From an uncultured bacterium (GTDB lineage: Bacteria > Actinomycetota > Thermoleophilia > Solirubrobacterales > 70-9): a stretch of DNA of 64,000 nucleotides. The notes beneath the pieces were generated by a model that searched no databases, was not told the origin of the DNA, and saw nothing but the letters and a program-made list of their open reading frames with translations. Each line of letters begins with the position of its first letter. Positions within the stretch are counted from its first letter, which is position 1. This document shows, one piece after another, positions 1-12,853 of this stretch. The stretch is taken from the NCBI GenBank assembly GCA_963724915.1, contig CAVRWJ010000001.1:56677-120676 (forward strand), given 5' to 3'. The translations under genes were made by a program, and so were the position numbers.

Positions 1-948
1 GCCGAGGACGCAGTCGAGCCGCGTGTGGTTGACCATCTCGATGATCGTCGGGACGCCGCGGCCCTCCTCGCCGATCATCCGCGCCCAGGCGCCCCGGAAC
101 TCGACCTCGGACGAGGCGTTCGAGCGGTTGCCGAGCTTGTCCTTCAGCCGCTGCAGGTGGATGCGGTTGCGCTCGCCGTCCGGCGTGAACCGCGGCATCA
201 GGAAGCAGGAGAGGCCGCCGGGTGCCTGCGCGAGGACCAGGAAGACGTCGCACATCGGCGCCGACATGAACCACTTGTGGCCGGTCAGCTCGTACTCGCC
301 GCCGGGTCCGCCGCCGTTGACGGGCTGCGCGGTCGTCGTGTTGGCGCGCACGTCCGAGCCGCCCTGCTTCTCGGTCATCGCCATCCCGCACAGGGCACCG
401 GCCTTGTCGGGCGCCGGGCGCAGGCGCTCGCCGTCGTAGGAGTTCGAGGTGAGCCGCGGCTCCCACTCCGCCGCCAGGTCCGGCTGCGCGCGCAGCGCCG
501 GGATCGCGGAGTAGGTCATCGAGATCGGGCAGCCGACGCCGGCCTCCGCCTGGCCGAAGCACATGAACATCGCGGACGCGGGCGACGTGGGCGCCGGGCT
601 CCGGGTCGCGCCAGGGCAGCGAGTGGAGCCCGAAGCCGACCCCCGCCTTCATCAGCTCGTGCCAGGCGGGGTGGAACTCGACCTCGTCGATCCGGTGGCC
701 GAACCGGTCGTGCGTGCGCAGCCTCGGCGGGTTCTCGTTCGCCTCGCGGCCCCAGCGCTGGGCAAGCGGCACTGCCGGCGAAGAGCGCCGACCTCGTGCG
801 TGGTCTGCTCGGCCCAGTCTGCCCCCTCGCGGCCGAGCGCCTCGACCAGGACGCGGTCGGCGTCGAACACGTTGTCGTTCTCGAGCGGCGAGGCCTGGTT
901 CAGGACCTCGTGCGTCGCCCCGGCCGAACGGTCTTCGACGGTCGCCAT
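1..948 (-). pseudogene. AidB-like acyl-CoA dehydrogenase; the C-terminal part continues past the left edge, and the frame is broken at least twice as given
   Basis: ORF 652-948(-) opens MATVEDRSAGATHEVLNQASPLENDNVFDADRVLVEALGREGADW (AidB-type N-terminus). My translation of the reverse complement of 1-600 gives ...CGMAMTEKQGGSDVRANTT...YELTGHKWFMSAPMCDVF...GRGVPTIIEMVNHTRLDCVLG. The pieces lie in different frames, with breaks near 780 and 580. Confidence 0.75.
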
Positions 949-976
949 CGCCGCGATTCTCGCAGAGGACTCTGGC

Positions 977-1440
977 TCAGCGGGGAATGCGGAACATTCC
1001 CTGGAGCTGCGCGGCGAAGAACAGGTCGCCGGAGATCTTGATGCGGCCGCTCTGGAACATCGCCATCGGCGGCTCGGTGCCGGCGGCGAGGCGGAGGAAG
1101 TCGAGCGCCGAGACGGTCAGCGTGGTGCGCGGGTTCCCGCCTTCGGGCGGCCGGGTGGTCGTGCGGCAGCACGCCGTCCTCGAAGACCAGGAACCAGGTC
1201 TCGACCGGACCGCGTCGTCCCGATCGGTGATCTGCCAGCGGATCACGGCGTCGGTGGCGGCCGCCGTGCGCTTGAGCTGGCTCGGCATCCGCCGGAAGAT
1301 CTCGGCGACCACGAGCGGCGGGTGGGGAGCCGACGCCGCCCGAAGCAGCGGCTCCGGCGTCCGGCGCGCCAGCCGTGCGAGGGTCGGCGGCGTCGAAGCG
1401 GTCCCCGGTGCCGTTCGGCGATGTCAGCGTTGGCGGTCAT
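977..1440 (-). pseudogene. SCP2 sterol-binding domain protein (frame broken as given)
   Basis: ORF 977-1312(-) ends ...TLTVSALDFLRLAAGTEPPMAMFQSGRIKISGDLFFAAQLQGMFRIPR (SCP2 C-terminal signature). The N-terminus [11 protein letters not shown] is at 1440 in another frame. Length is 3n+2. Confidence 0.6.
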
Positions 1441-1527
1441 TTGCTACCGAACCGTAGGAAACTGTACCACGGCCGCGCCGATAGCATCGCCCGCCCCGCG
1501 CCCCCGAGCCCGAGAGACCGCCCGCAT

Positions 1528-2745
1528 ATGGCCAAGATCAAAGTCGACAACCCGATCGTCGAGCTCGACGGCGACGAGATGACCCGGATCATCTGGGCCT
1601 TCATCAAGGAGCAGCTGATCCTGCCCTACCTCGACCTGGAGCTCGCCTACTTCGACCTCGGGATCGAGAGCCGGGACGCGACCGAACGACCAGATCACGG
1701 TCGACGCCGCCAACGCGATCAAGGAGCACGGGGTCGGCGTCAAGTGCGCGACGATCACTCCGGACGAGGCCCGGGTCGAGGAGTTCGGCCTGAAGGAGAT
1801 GTACCGCTCGCCGAACGGGACGATCCGCAACATCCTCGGCGGGGTCATCTTCCGCGAGCCGATCGTGATCTCGAACATCCCGCGCCTCGTGCCGGGCTGG
1901 ACGAAGCCGATCATCATCGGCCGTCACGCGTTCGGCGACCAGTACCGGGCGACCGACGCGCTGATCCCCGGCGAGGGGAAGCTGATGCTGACCTTCACGC
2001 CGAACGACGGCTGCGAGCCGATCGAGATGGAGGTCATCGAGTTCCCGGGGCGGCGGCGTCGCGATGGCGATGTACAACCACGACGACTCGATCCGCGACT
2101 TCGCTCGCGCCTCGCTCCGCTACGGCCTCGACCGCGGCCTGCCGGTCTACATGTCGACCAAGAACACGATCATGAAGACGCTACGACGGGCGCTTCAAGG
2201 ACCTGTTCCAGGAGGTCTTCGACGCCGAGTTCAAGGCCGACTTCGACGCGGCCGGGCTCACGTACGAGCACCGGCTGATCGACGACATGGTCGCCGCCGC
2301 GCTCAAGTGGGAGGGCGGCTACGTCTGGGCGTGCAAGAACTACGACGGCGACGTGCAGTCCGACACGGTCGCCCAGGGCTTCGGCTCGCTCGGGCTGATG
2401 ACCAGCGTGCTGATGACGCCCGACGGCAAGACCGTCGAGGCCGAGGCCGCCCACGGCACCGTCACCCGCCACTTCCGCGAGCACCAGAAGGGCAACCCGA
2501 CCTCGACCAACCCGATCGCCTCGATCTTCGCCTGGACCCGCGGGCTGCACGCCCGCGGGCGGATGGATGGGACGCCCGAGGTCGAGGAGTTCGCCGAGAC
2601 CCTCGAGCGCGTCTGCGTGGAGACGGTCGAGAGCGGGAGGATGACCAAGGACCTCGCGCTGCTGGTCGGCGACGGCCAGGAGTTTCAGACGACCCAGGAG
2701 TTCCTGGCGTCAATCGACGAGAACCTGCAGAAGGAGATGAACTAG
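1528..2745 (+). pseudogene. icd: NADP-dependent isocitrate dehydrogenase (homodimeric IDH1-like type), interrupted by three 1-nt insertions
   Basis: [37 protein letters not shown]... (frame 1), then [49 protein letters not shown] (frame 2), then [37 protein letters not shown] (frame 3), then [25 protein letters not shown]...[14 protein letters not shown] (frame 1). Shifts are near 1684, 2047-2050 and 2180. Confidence 0.9.
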
Positions 2746-3732
<987 letters not shown>

Positions 3733-3733
3733 G

Positions 3734-4094
3734 CTAGGCCGGGTGGTACGCCCGCCCGTCCTTGCGCACCTTGCCGTCCTTCTGCAGGTCGCTCAGCACG
3801 CGATACATGTAGTTCGGCTTGATCTTGAGCTCGCGCGCGATCTCCGACGCGGAGATCCCGGGCTTCTCGGTGATCAGCTTGACGGCGTGGTCCGCGCGGG
3901 TGCCACCGCGGCGCCGGCGGCGCCTGGTGCCTCCGCCGGACGATCCGCGCGGGGCGTCCGGGCCCGCGCTTCCCCTCGCGTCCGTCGGTCAGGCTCGCGA
4001 GCGCGCGCTCGAGCCGGGCGCGCTCGGCGTCAAGCTCCCGCAGCCGTGCGCGGAGCAGGTCGACGGCCTCCGCGACCGCTCCTGTCGGTGTCAT
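3734..4094 (-). pseudogene. small coiled-coil plus winged-helix DNA-binding protein (one frameshift as given)
   Basis: Starts MTPTGAVAEAVDLLRARLRELDAERARLERALASL. After a shift near 3900 my translation gives ...ADHAVKLITEKPGISASEIARELKIKPNYMYRVLSDLQKDGKVRKDGRAYHPA (wHTH). Length is 3n+1. Confidence 0.55.
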
Positions 4095-4114
4095 CAGAAT
4101 CCCTTCTTCGAGTG

Positions 4115-4138
4115 AACGGTGTGCGGTTTCACACCGTT
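4115..4138. promoter_or_regulatory. perfect 9-bp inverted repeat AACGGTGTG-N6-CACACCGTT between the hydroxylase stop and the wHTH gene start (operator or terminator hairpin)
   Basis: Read directly from the sequence. The arms are exact reverse complements. The repeat lies about 20 nt upstream of the wHTH start codon (4094, minus strand). Confidence 0.4.
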
Positions 4139-4162
4139 GCAAGAACCTTACTGTAAGCGTTA

Positions 4163-4873
4163 CTAGTGGCGGCTCTTGCGGGGGAGGGTGCGGAACACGA
4201 CGTCCCAGATCGGCGACGAGACGCCGTACCCGTAGCGATGGTCCTGGAAGTGATGGCGCATGTGCTGCTCGCGGAGCTGCTTCCCCAGCTGCGACTTCGG
4301 CACGAAGTGATGCAGGTAGTAGTGCATGTAGTCGTAGGCGAGGTAGCCGACGAGGAAGCCGGCGAACAGCGGGTAGGCCGCCGGCGATCCGAAGATCAGC
4401 CAGAACGCGCCGAAGAAGAGGAGCGCCAGCGGGATGCTCGCTCCGGGCGGCATCACGAGGCGCAGCCGGTCGTTCGGATGGTCGTGATGGACGCCGTGGA
4501 TGATGAAGTGCATCCGCCGGCCGATCGGATGGTCGGGCTCCCAGTGGAAGACCTTGCGATGCAACCAGTACTCGGCGAGCGTCCAGATGAACAGGCCCGC
4601 CGCCACGAGCAGGACGGTCTCGACGGCGCCGGCGCCGCGATCGACCCCGAGGACGACCAGGCCGACGATCACCGGGACGTAGATCAGCGCCGGCACGGCG
4701 GGGTGGATCCGCGAGAAGAAGTCGAGGAACCGGGACTTGAACAGCGGCGGCGACGCGCTGAGGCGGGCTGTGGGCTCGTGGGCCATCGGCCCCGAATTGT
4801 AGGAGACCGCGACGACTTCTTTTTCGCGCGGTTTGCGAAAACGCACCTGGCGGAGCGCCGCCGAGGGTGCCAT
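4163..4873 (-). CDS. fatty acid hydroxylase / sterol desaturase family membrane protein
   Basis: Intact ORF with His boxes HRKVFHW, HFIIHGVHHDH and HYYLHHF...HMRHHF plus several TM segments. The real start may be the internal MAHEPTARLS (4786). Confidence 0.8.
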   Translation of the reverse strand: MAPSAALRQVRFRKPREKEVVAVSYNSGPMAHEPTARLSASPPLFKSRFLDFFSRIHPAVPALIYVPVIVGLVVLGVDRGAGAVETVLLVAAGLFIWTLAEYWLHRKVFHWEPDHPIGRRMHFIIHGVHHDHPNDRLRLVMPPGASIPLALLFFGAFWLIFGSPAAYPLFAGFLVGYLAYDYMHYYLHHFVPKSQLGKQLREQHMRHHFQDHRYGYGVSSPIWDVVFRTLPRKSRH

Positions 4874-4938
4874 GATCGCCCCCGGCGCAGAGGACGCCGC
4901 CGCGCGGAGCGCGAGACGTACCTAATGAGGGGCAGACG

Positions 4939-5172
4939 TTGATCGAAGTAGAGGCTCGGGAGGAACAGTTCCTGCAGGCCGTCGGCCTGACGCGGCGCGA
5001 GCGCAAGCGCGGACGCAAGGGCTCGCCGACCTGCGCCGATTGCTTCTTCCACCGCAACATGCTCTGCGCCCTCGACCTCGCCGCTCCGTGCTCGACCTTC
5101 AGGCCGGACACTCCCCAGGGCCTCGTCCCACCGCGGCAACCCGCGTTGCTGCTGCGCCACGGCGAGGCCTGA
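4939..5172 (+). CDS. small hypothetical Cys4 protein (CxxC-x9-C-x8-C)
   Basis: 77-aa ORF with TTG start, third codon positions mostly G/C, and motif SPTCADCFFHRNMLCALDLAAPCSTFRP. No family recognised. Confidence 0.35.
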   Translation: MIEVEAREEQFLQAVGLTRRERKRGRKGSPTCADCFFHRNMLCALDLAAPCSTFRPDTPQGLVPPRQPALLLRHGEA

Positions 5173-5202
5173 GCCCGCGCGACCGGGTCTAGAGTGGCCC
5201 CG

Positions 5203-5998
5203 ATGCGGGTCACCGTGCTCGGGAAATCGCCTGCGTGGCAGGACGCCGGTGGCGCGTGCAGCGGCTATCTCGTCGAGGCGGACGGCGTGGCGGTGCTCGT
5301 CGATTGCGGGAACGGCGTCTTCGCGAAGCTGCGCGAGCGGATCGACTACACGGACGTCGACGCCGTCGTGGTCACGCACATGCACGCGGACCACTTCTTC
5401 GACCTCTTCCCGTTCGCCTACGGGCTCCTGCTGACTCCGCGCCAGCAGCCGGTGCCGGTGGCGGGGTGGCCGGGAACCACCGATCCGGCGCGGCCGCTGC
5501 TGGTCGCGCCGGTCGGGGCGGGCGCGGCGCTGCGCTCGATCGCCTCCGCCTGGGGCGACGAGGCGCTGGTCGAGAGCGCGTTTCAGCTCGAGGAGTACGA
5601 GGCGGCCTCGACGCGTCGAGATCGGGCCGTTCACGCTTCCGGTTCGCCGAGGTGCCGCACTACATCCTCACCTTCGCGATCGAGGTCCGCGGCGCCAACG
5701 GCCGCCGGGTCACGTTCGGCGCGGATTGCCGGCCCGAACGACGAGCTGGTCGAGTTCGCGCGCGACACCGACCTGCTGGTGATCGAGGCCACGCTTGCCG
5801 AGGCCCGAGCGCACGGGCATCCGCGGGCACCTGACGCCGGCCGAGGCCGGCGAGCACGCGCGGCGGGCGGGCGCCAAGCGGGCGCTCCTCACCCACGTCT
5901 CCGACGAGCTCGACCCGGAATGGGTGGTGGCCGAGGGCACGCGCGGCTTCGGCGGGCCGGTCGAGCTGGCCGCCGAGGGCACGACGATCGAGGTCTGA
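5203..5998 (+). pseudogene. MBL-fold metallo-hydrolase (frame broken at least twice)
   Basis: MRVTVLGKSPAWQDAGGACSGYLVEADGVAVLVDCGNGVF...VVVTHMHADHFFDL (HxHxDH). Later pieces FAEVPHYILTFAIEVRGANGRRVTFGADC and GHLTPAEAGEHARRAGAKRALLTHVSDEL are in other frames. Confidence 0.7.
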
Positions 5999-6081
5999 AG
6001 GCGCCGAAACTTGAGCGGTGCGGCCGCGAACGGACGGATGACCGAGGCGCCGGCTCTCATCCGCCCGCGTGGTCGCGGCCG

Positions 6082-7846
6082 ATGACCTATTGGATGGAAG
6101 GCTTTTCCGAGCCGGTGTCCAACCATGGCTCCTGGGAGTTCGAGCTCGACGAGCAGGTCATCCGCTGGTCGCCCGCGCTCTACCGGATCCACGGCGTCAG
6201 CCCGCACGAGTTCGACGCTGACGGTGGAGTCCATTCGCCCGCTGGTCCACCCGGACGACCGCGAGGCCTACGCAGCAGGCCGTCGCCGGCGCGATCGAAG
6301 CGCAGTCGCCGTTCGCCCACCAGCACCGAATCGTCCAGCCGCGGCGGCGACCACCGCGTCCTGATGGTCCGTGGCGCGTACCTCGAGGGGGTCGACGGCG
6401 CCTCGCCACGCATGGTCGGCACAACCCAGGACGTCACGGGCCGCGTCGGCGACGAGGAGCGGCTCTGGCACCTCGCCAACCACGACTCGCTCTCCGGGCT
6501 CTTCAACCGCCGCCGGTTCATGGAGGAGCTGACCCGCGAGGTCGCGTTCGCGCAGCGCAGCGGCGAGCCCGGCGCCGTGCTGATGCTCGATCTCGACCGG
6601 TTCAAGGACATCAACGACAGCCTCGGCCACATGGCCGGCGACACGCTCCTCACCCGGGTTGCCGAGCAGCTGCGCGTCCGGCTGCGCGGCACGGACACGC
6701 TGGCGCGGCTCGGGGGCGACGAGTTCGCGATCGTCCTCCCCGGCTGTCCGATCGAACAGGCGCAGCGGGTCGCCGGAGAGGTCCTCGAGACGCTCAACCG
6801 TCACGCGTCGGTGCAGATCGCGGGGATCGAGCCGCAGCCTGACCGCGTCGATCGGCGTCGCGCCGTTCGGGCCCGGCCAGCCGCGGACCGCGGACGAGCT
6901 GCTGGTCGAGGCCGACCTGGCGATGTACCGGGCGAAGCTCGAGGGCCGCAATCAGGTCGAGGTGTTCGACGAGGAGATGCGCGCGGAGCTGGCGGCGCGG
7001 GTGAGCATGGAGGGCGAGCTGCGTGAGGCGCTCCGGCGTGAGGAGCTGCGGGTGCACTACCAGCCGATCGTCTCGCTCGCGGACGGAGCGACGCTCGGCT
7101 GCGAGGCGCTGGTGCGCTGGGAGCATCCGCTGCGGGGCATGGTCGGCCCGGTCGGAGTTCATCGCGATCGCGGAGGAGTGCGGGCTGATCAGCGAGATCG
7201 GCGAGTTCGTGCTCGACCACGCGTGCCACCAGGCGGCCGACTGGCGCCGCATGGGCCGCCACCTCTATGTCTCGGTCAACGTCTCGCCGCACCAGCTCGT
7301 GGTCGGCGACATGGCCCGCGACGTCGCGCGGTCGCGCTCGAGCGCAGCGGGCTGCCGGCCCCGCTTCTGTGCCTGGAGATCACCGAGACCTCGCTGCTCG
7401 GAGACAGCAGTCCGCTGGTCTCCGCGCTCCGCGAGCTGAAGCGCCTTGGCGTGCGGATGGCGATCGACGACTTCGGGGGCGGCGCCTCCTCGCTCGGGCT
7501 GCTGCGGGTGCTGCCCCTCGACCAGATCAAGATCGACCGGATGTTCATCGAGCGCATCGCCGACCGATCCGACGACCGCGCGATCGTCGCGGCGGTCCTC
7601 TCGATGGCCGAGGAGCTCGGCATGTCGGTGGTCGCCGAGGGCATCGAGACCGAGCACCAGCAGGGCCAGCTGCGCGAGCTCGGCTGTCAGTACGGCCAGG
7701 GCTTCCTCTACGCCCGCCCCGCCGTGCCCGAGAGCCTCGAGCTCGACGGCTATTCGGCGATGGTCCAGCCCGGCGTCGGCGACCCCTCGGTGATCCGCGA
7801 GTTCATGCGCCAGATCGGGATCCCGGCCCGGGTGGGCCAGGGCTGA
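6082..7846 (+). pseudogene. PAS-GGDEF-EAL c-di-GMP signalling protein (several frame breaks)
   Basis: PAS piece WEFELDEQVIRWSPALYRIHGVSPHEF / IRPLVHPDDREAY. GGDEF piece SGLFNRRRFMEEL...DLDRFKDINDSLGHMAGDTLL...RLGGDEFAIVL. EAL piece YQPIVSLADGATLGCEALVRWEHP...EITETSLL...DDFGGGASSLGLL...KIDRMFI...VVAEGIETEHQ...GCQYGQGFLYARP. Confidence 0.85.
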
Positions 7847-7855
7847 GGAGGCACT

Positions 7856-8653
7856 GTGGATGCGCTGACAGTGACGTGCGCCGCGCTCAACATCGTCCTC
7901 GGGCTCGTCTACACGAGCTACGGGACGATGACCGCCGTCGAGATGTGGCGCAACCGCCGCACGATGGGCTTCTCCCATTTCGGCATGGCCTGGATCGCGA
8001 TGGCGTTCACCTGCGGCCCGCACCACTTCGTCCACGGCATCCACATGGGCTTCGAGGGCCGCCAGGCCGGCTTCCTCGACCTGCTCGTGGTCGCGATCGG
8101 CTTCCCCGCCGGCGTGGTCTGGTTCGCGCTCCGCCTCGAGGCGTTCATGGGCGGCCGCGGCGACCGGGCGATCACCGGCACGCCGCTCTGGGTCGCCGCG
8201 CTGCCCACGCTCGCGGGCGTCTACGTGACCGCGATCGTCGCGGCGCTGCTCGACCTCGGCGGGAAGAACCTGACGTTCAACGCCGAGGTCTGGGCGAACA
8301 TCGCGCTCGTCGTCCTCTACATCGGCGTCGGCTACTACTGCGCGCGCACCCAGATCGCGAACCACCGGGCGATGGGCGGCTGGTCGGTCTCGGGCCTCGC
8401 GCTCACGGTCGTGTTCCCGACCTGCGCGATGATGCACGGCATCTACGCCTACTACCAGGCGACCGGGTTCTACGACGCCGACATCCACAACCACTGGATC
8501 GACCTGCTCGCGGTGCCGGCGGCGATCTACTTCCTCTGGGTCGTCCGGGCGCTCTCGCGCGGCGCGTTCCACGACTGGAACGGCGCCCCCGGCCGGGCTC
8601 GAGGCGGTGGCGTCACGGGCCCGCCCGCGGCCGACGCCGCGTCGGCCGGCTGA
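7856..8653 (+). CDS. uncharacterised 7-TM membrane protein with intramembrane His clusters
   Basis: Intact 265-aa ORF starting 10 nt after the EAL gene stop. I count seven hydrophobic segments by eye, with motifs CGPHHFVHGIHMG and PTCAMMHGIYAYY. No family recognised. Confidence 0.55.
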   Translation: MDALTVTCAALNIVLGLVYTSYGTMTAVEMWRNRRTMGFSHFGMAWIAMAFTCGPHHFVHGIHMGFEGRQAGFLDLLVVAIGFPAGVVWFALRLEAFMGGRGDRAITGTPLWVAALPTLAGVYVTAIVAALLDLGGKNLTFNAEVWANIALVVLYIGVGYYCARTQIANHRAMGGWSVSGLALTVVFPTCAMMHGIYAYYQATGFYDADIHNHWIDLLAVPAAIYFLWVVRALSRGAFHDWNGAPGRARGGGVTGPPAADAASAG

Positions 8654-8712
8654 CCGCCCTCCCAGCCCGTTACCGGGCCGTGCTGCGAGTCCGGCTGCCT
8701 AATATCAATCCC

Positions 8713-9171
8713 GTGACCCGCAAGAGCGACCTGTTCCTCAACTTCGAGCGCATGTGGCGCGAGATGGACGAGCTGATGGGCGAGCCCTGGAGCGGCGAGG
8801 GCGGCTGGAACCGGGCGCCGCGCCTGCAGGCGGGGTTCTCGCCCCGGGTGGACGTCTACTACTGCGATCGCGAGGAGCCGCGGGCCGTGGTCGCTCGTCG
8901 AGCTCGCCGGGGTCGACGCCGACTCGGTGAGCCTCGAGGTCGCCGGGCCGCGAGCTGGTCGTCACCGGCGAGCGGACCGTCCAGGAGACCGAGGGCCGGG
9001 TCTATCAGCAGGTCGAGATCGAGGCCGGGCCGTTCCGGCGCGTGGTCGAGCTCGGCGCCGACGTGGTCGCCGAGCGCGCCCAGGCGAGCTACGACGACGG
9101 CATCCTGCGGGTCGAGCTGCCGCTGCGTACCGCCCAGGTGGCCACCCGCGTCCCGATCGAGGGGGCCGACG

Positions 9172-9182
<11 letters not shown>
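8713..9182 (+). pseudogene. Hsp20/alpha-crystallin small heat-shock protein (frame broken as given)
   Basis: VTRKSDLFLNFERMWREMDELMGEPW...FSPRVDVYYCDREEPRAVV, then in other frames ELAGVDADSVSLEVAGRELVVTGER and GPFRRVVELGADVVAERAQASYDDGILRVELPL. The stop TGA (9180-9182) overlaps the lon ATG (9172). Confidence 0.8.
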
Positions 9183-11592
<2,410 letters not shown>

Positions 11593-11619
11593 CTTGGACC
11601 TGAGGAGGAGAGACTGCGC

Positions 11620-12129
11620 ATGGCCAACTCAACCCGGACCCAGCAAGGCCCGTCACGCGGCTTCGTCGGTCGGCTCGAACGAGTACGTCCGCCGCCTGAT
11701 CGAGGACGAGGAGCTCCGCGACTCGATCCGCGAGGCGTACGACGCCGGCCGCTCGGCGTACGGGCGAGCTCCAGAAGCAGAAGCGTCCCGCGTCGGCGCT
11801 GATGGACGACAAGAAGGTCCACCGCGAGCTGCGCGAGGCGGCCGAGTCGCTGCGCTAGGCGTCGGACCGGTTCCGCGGGCGCGAGGAGAAGAAGGGCTCG
11901 ACCCTCGGCAAGATCCTGGTGCTCGGCATCGTCGGCGCCGCGGCGGCGCTCGATCCTCAGCGAGGACCTGCGCAAGGCCGTCCTCGACCGCCTGTTCGGG
12001 GCCGAGGAGGAGTTCGAGTACACCTCCACGACGGCTCCTGCCGAACGGCGGATCCGCCGCGCTAGCGGCCCGAACTCCAGTCGTCGAGCCGTCGGTTCCC
12101 GCTTGCGGGCGGGCGGTGGCTCCGCTTAG
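11620..12129 (+). pseudogene. conserved hypothetical protein with a C-terminal TM segment (frame breaks plus in-frame TAG at 11856-11858); end uncertain
   Basis: MANSTRTQQG / SNEYVRRLIEDEELRDSIREAYDAGRSAYGR / DDKKVHRELREAAESLR*ASDRFRGREEKKGSTLGKILVLGIVGAAAA / SEDLRKAVLDRLFGAEEEFEYTSTT are read in successive frames. A GAGGAGGA RBS precedes 11620. Confidence 0.4.
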
Positions 12130-12140
12130 ACTTTCCGGCT

Positions 12141-12760
12141 ATGGAGGCTGCCACCCGGGGCGTGGAGGAGCGTTCGCTTTCTGGCGAGCGCGCGCATGCG
12201 GATCGTCGAGGCGATGCGCGAATCGGTCGCGGAGGTCGGGATCGCCGGCTCGACGTTCGAGCGCGTCGCCGGCGAAGGCCGAGGTCAGCCGTGGCCTGCT
12301 GCACTACTACTTCGGCACCAAGGAGCGGCTCCTGGTCGAGGTGATCCGCCGCGACACCGACCTGCGGATCGAGGCCCTCGGCACCACGATGCGAGCCGCG
12401 AAGACGGTCGACGAGCTGATCATCGCGATGTCCGAGACGTTCGAGCGCACCCTGCGCGAGCAGACCGGCTACGTCTACATGGTCTCCGAGCTCTACGTCG
12501 CCGGCCGCAACAGCCCGGAGCTCCAGCGCGAGCTGGGCGCCCTCTACAGCCGCGCCCGCGCGGAGTTCGCCGAGATTCTCGTCGAGAAGGAGCGCGAGGG
12601 CGTCGTCAAGCTCCGGTTCGAGCCCGAGGCGACCATCGCGTACCTGTTCGGCGCGGGCGACGGGCTCACGGTGCAGCGGCTGACGGATCCCACGCTCGAC
12701 GTGTTCGCGACCATCGAAACCGGGTTCGGCGTCGCCCGCTGGCTGCTCTCAGACGACTGA
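12141..12760 (+). pseudogene. TetR/AcrR family transcriptional regulator (frame broken)
   Basis: RIVEAMRESVAEVGIAGSTFERVA, then KAEVSRGLLHYYFGTKERLLVEVI (TetR HTH) in a different frame. The C-terminal ligand domain runs to 12760. Confidence 0.75.
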
Positions 12761-12853
12761 GCACGGCAAATTCCTCGCTCGTCTGCAGTGTGTGCGCGAT
12801 CTCACGCTTGACGTACTAGTACCGCCCCGTCACCGTTCGTCGCCCCGCTGCCG

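Noticed and set aside
7856-8653. MHYT sensor domain or microbial rhodopsin assignment for the 7-TM protein
   Set aside because: The M-H-Y-T-type motif is not reproduced (only MMHGIY and HHFVHG), and there is no Lys in helix 7 for retinal. It is left as uncharacterised.
8654-8712. CIRCE (HrcA) or HAIR (HspR) operator upstream of hsp20-lon
   Set aside because: No inverted repeat resembling TTAGCACTC-N9-GAGTGCTAA or CTTGAGT-N7-ACTCAAG is present in the gap.
11856-11858. In-frame TAG as programmed recoding (for example pyrrolysine or readthrough)
   Set aside because: It sits in a gene that also has several frameshifts, within the error-dense first 15 kb. A GAG-to-TAG substitution or error is far more likely, and no pyl genes are seen.
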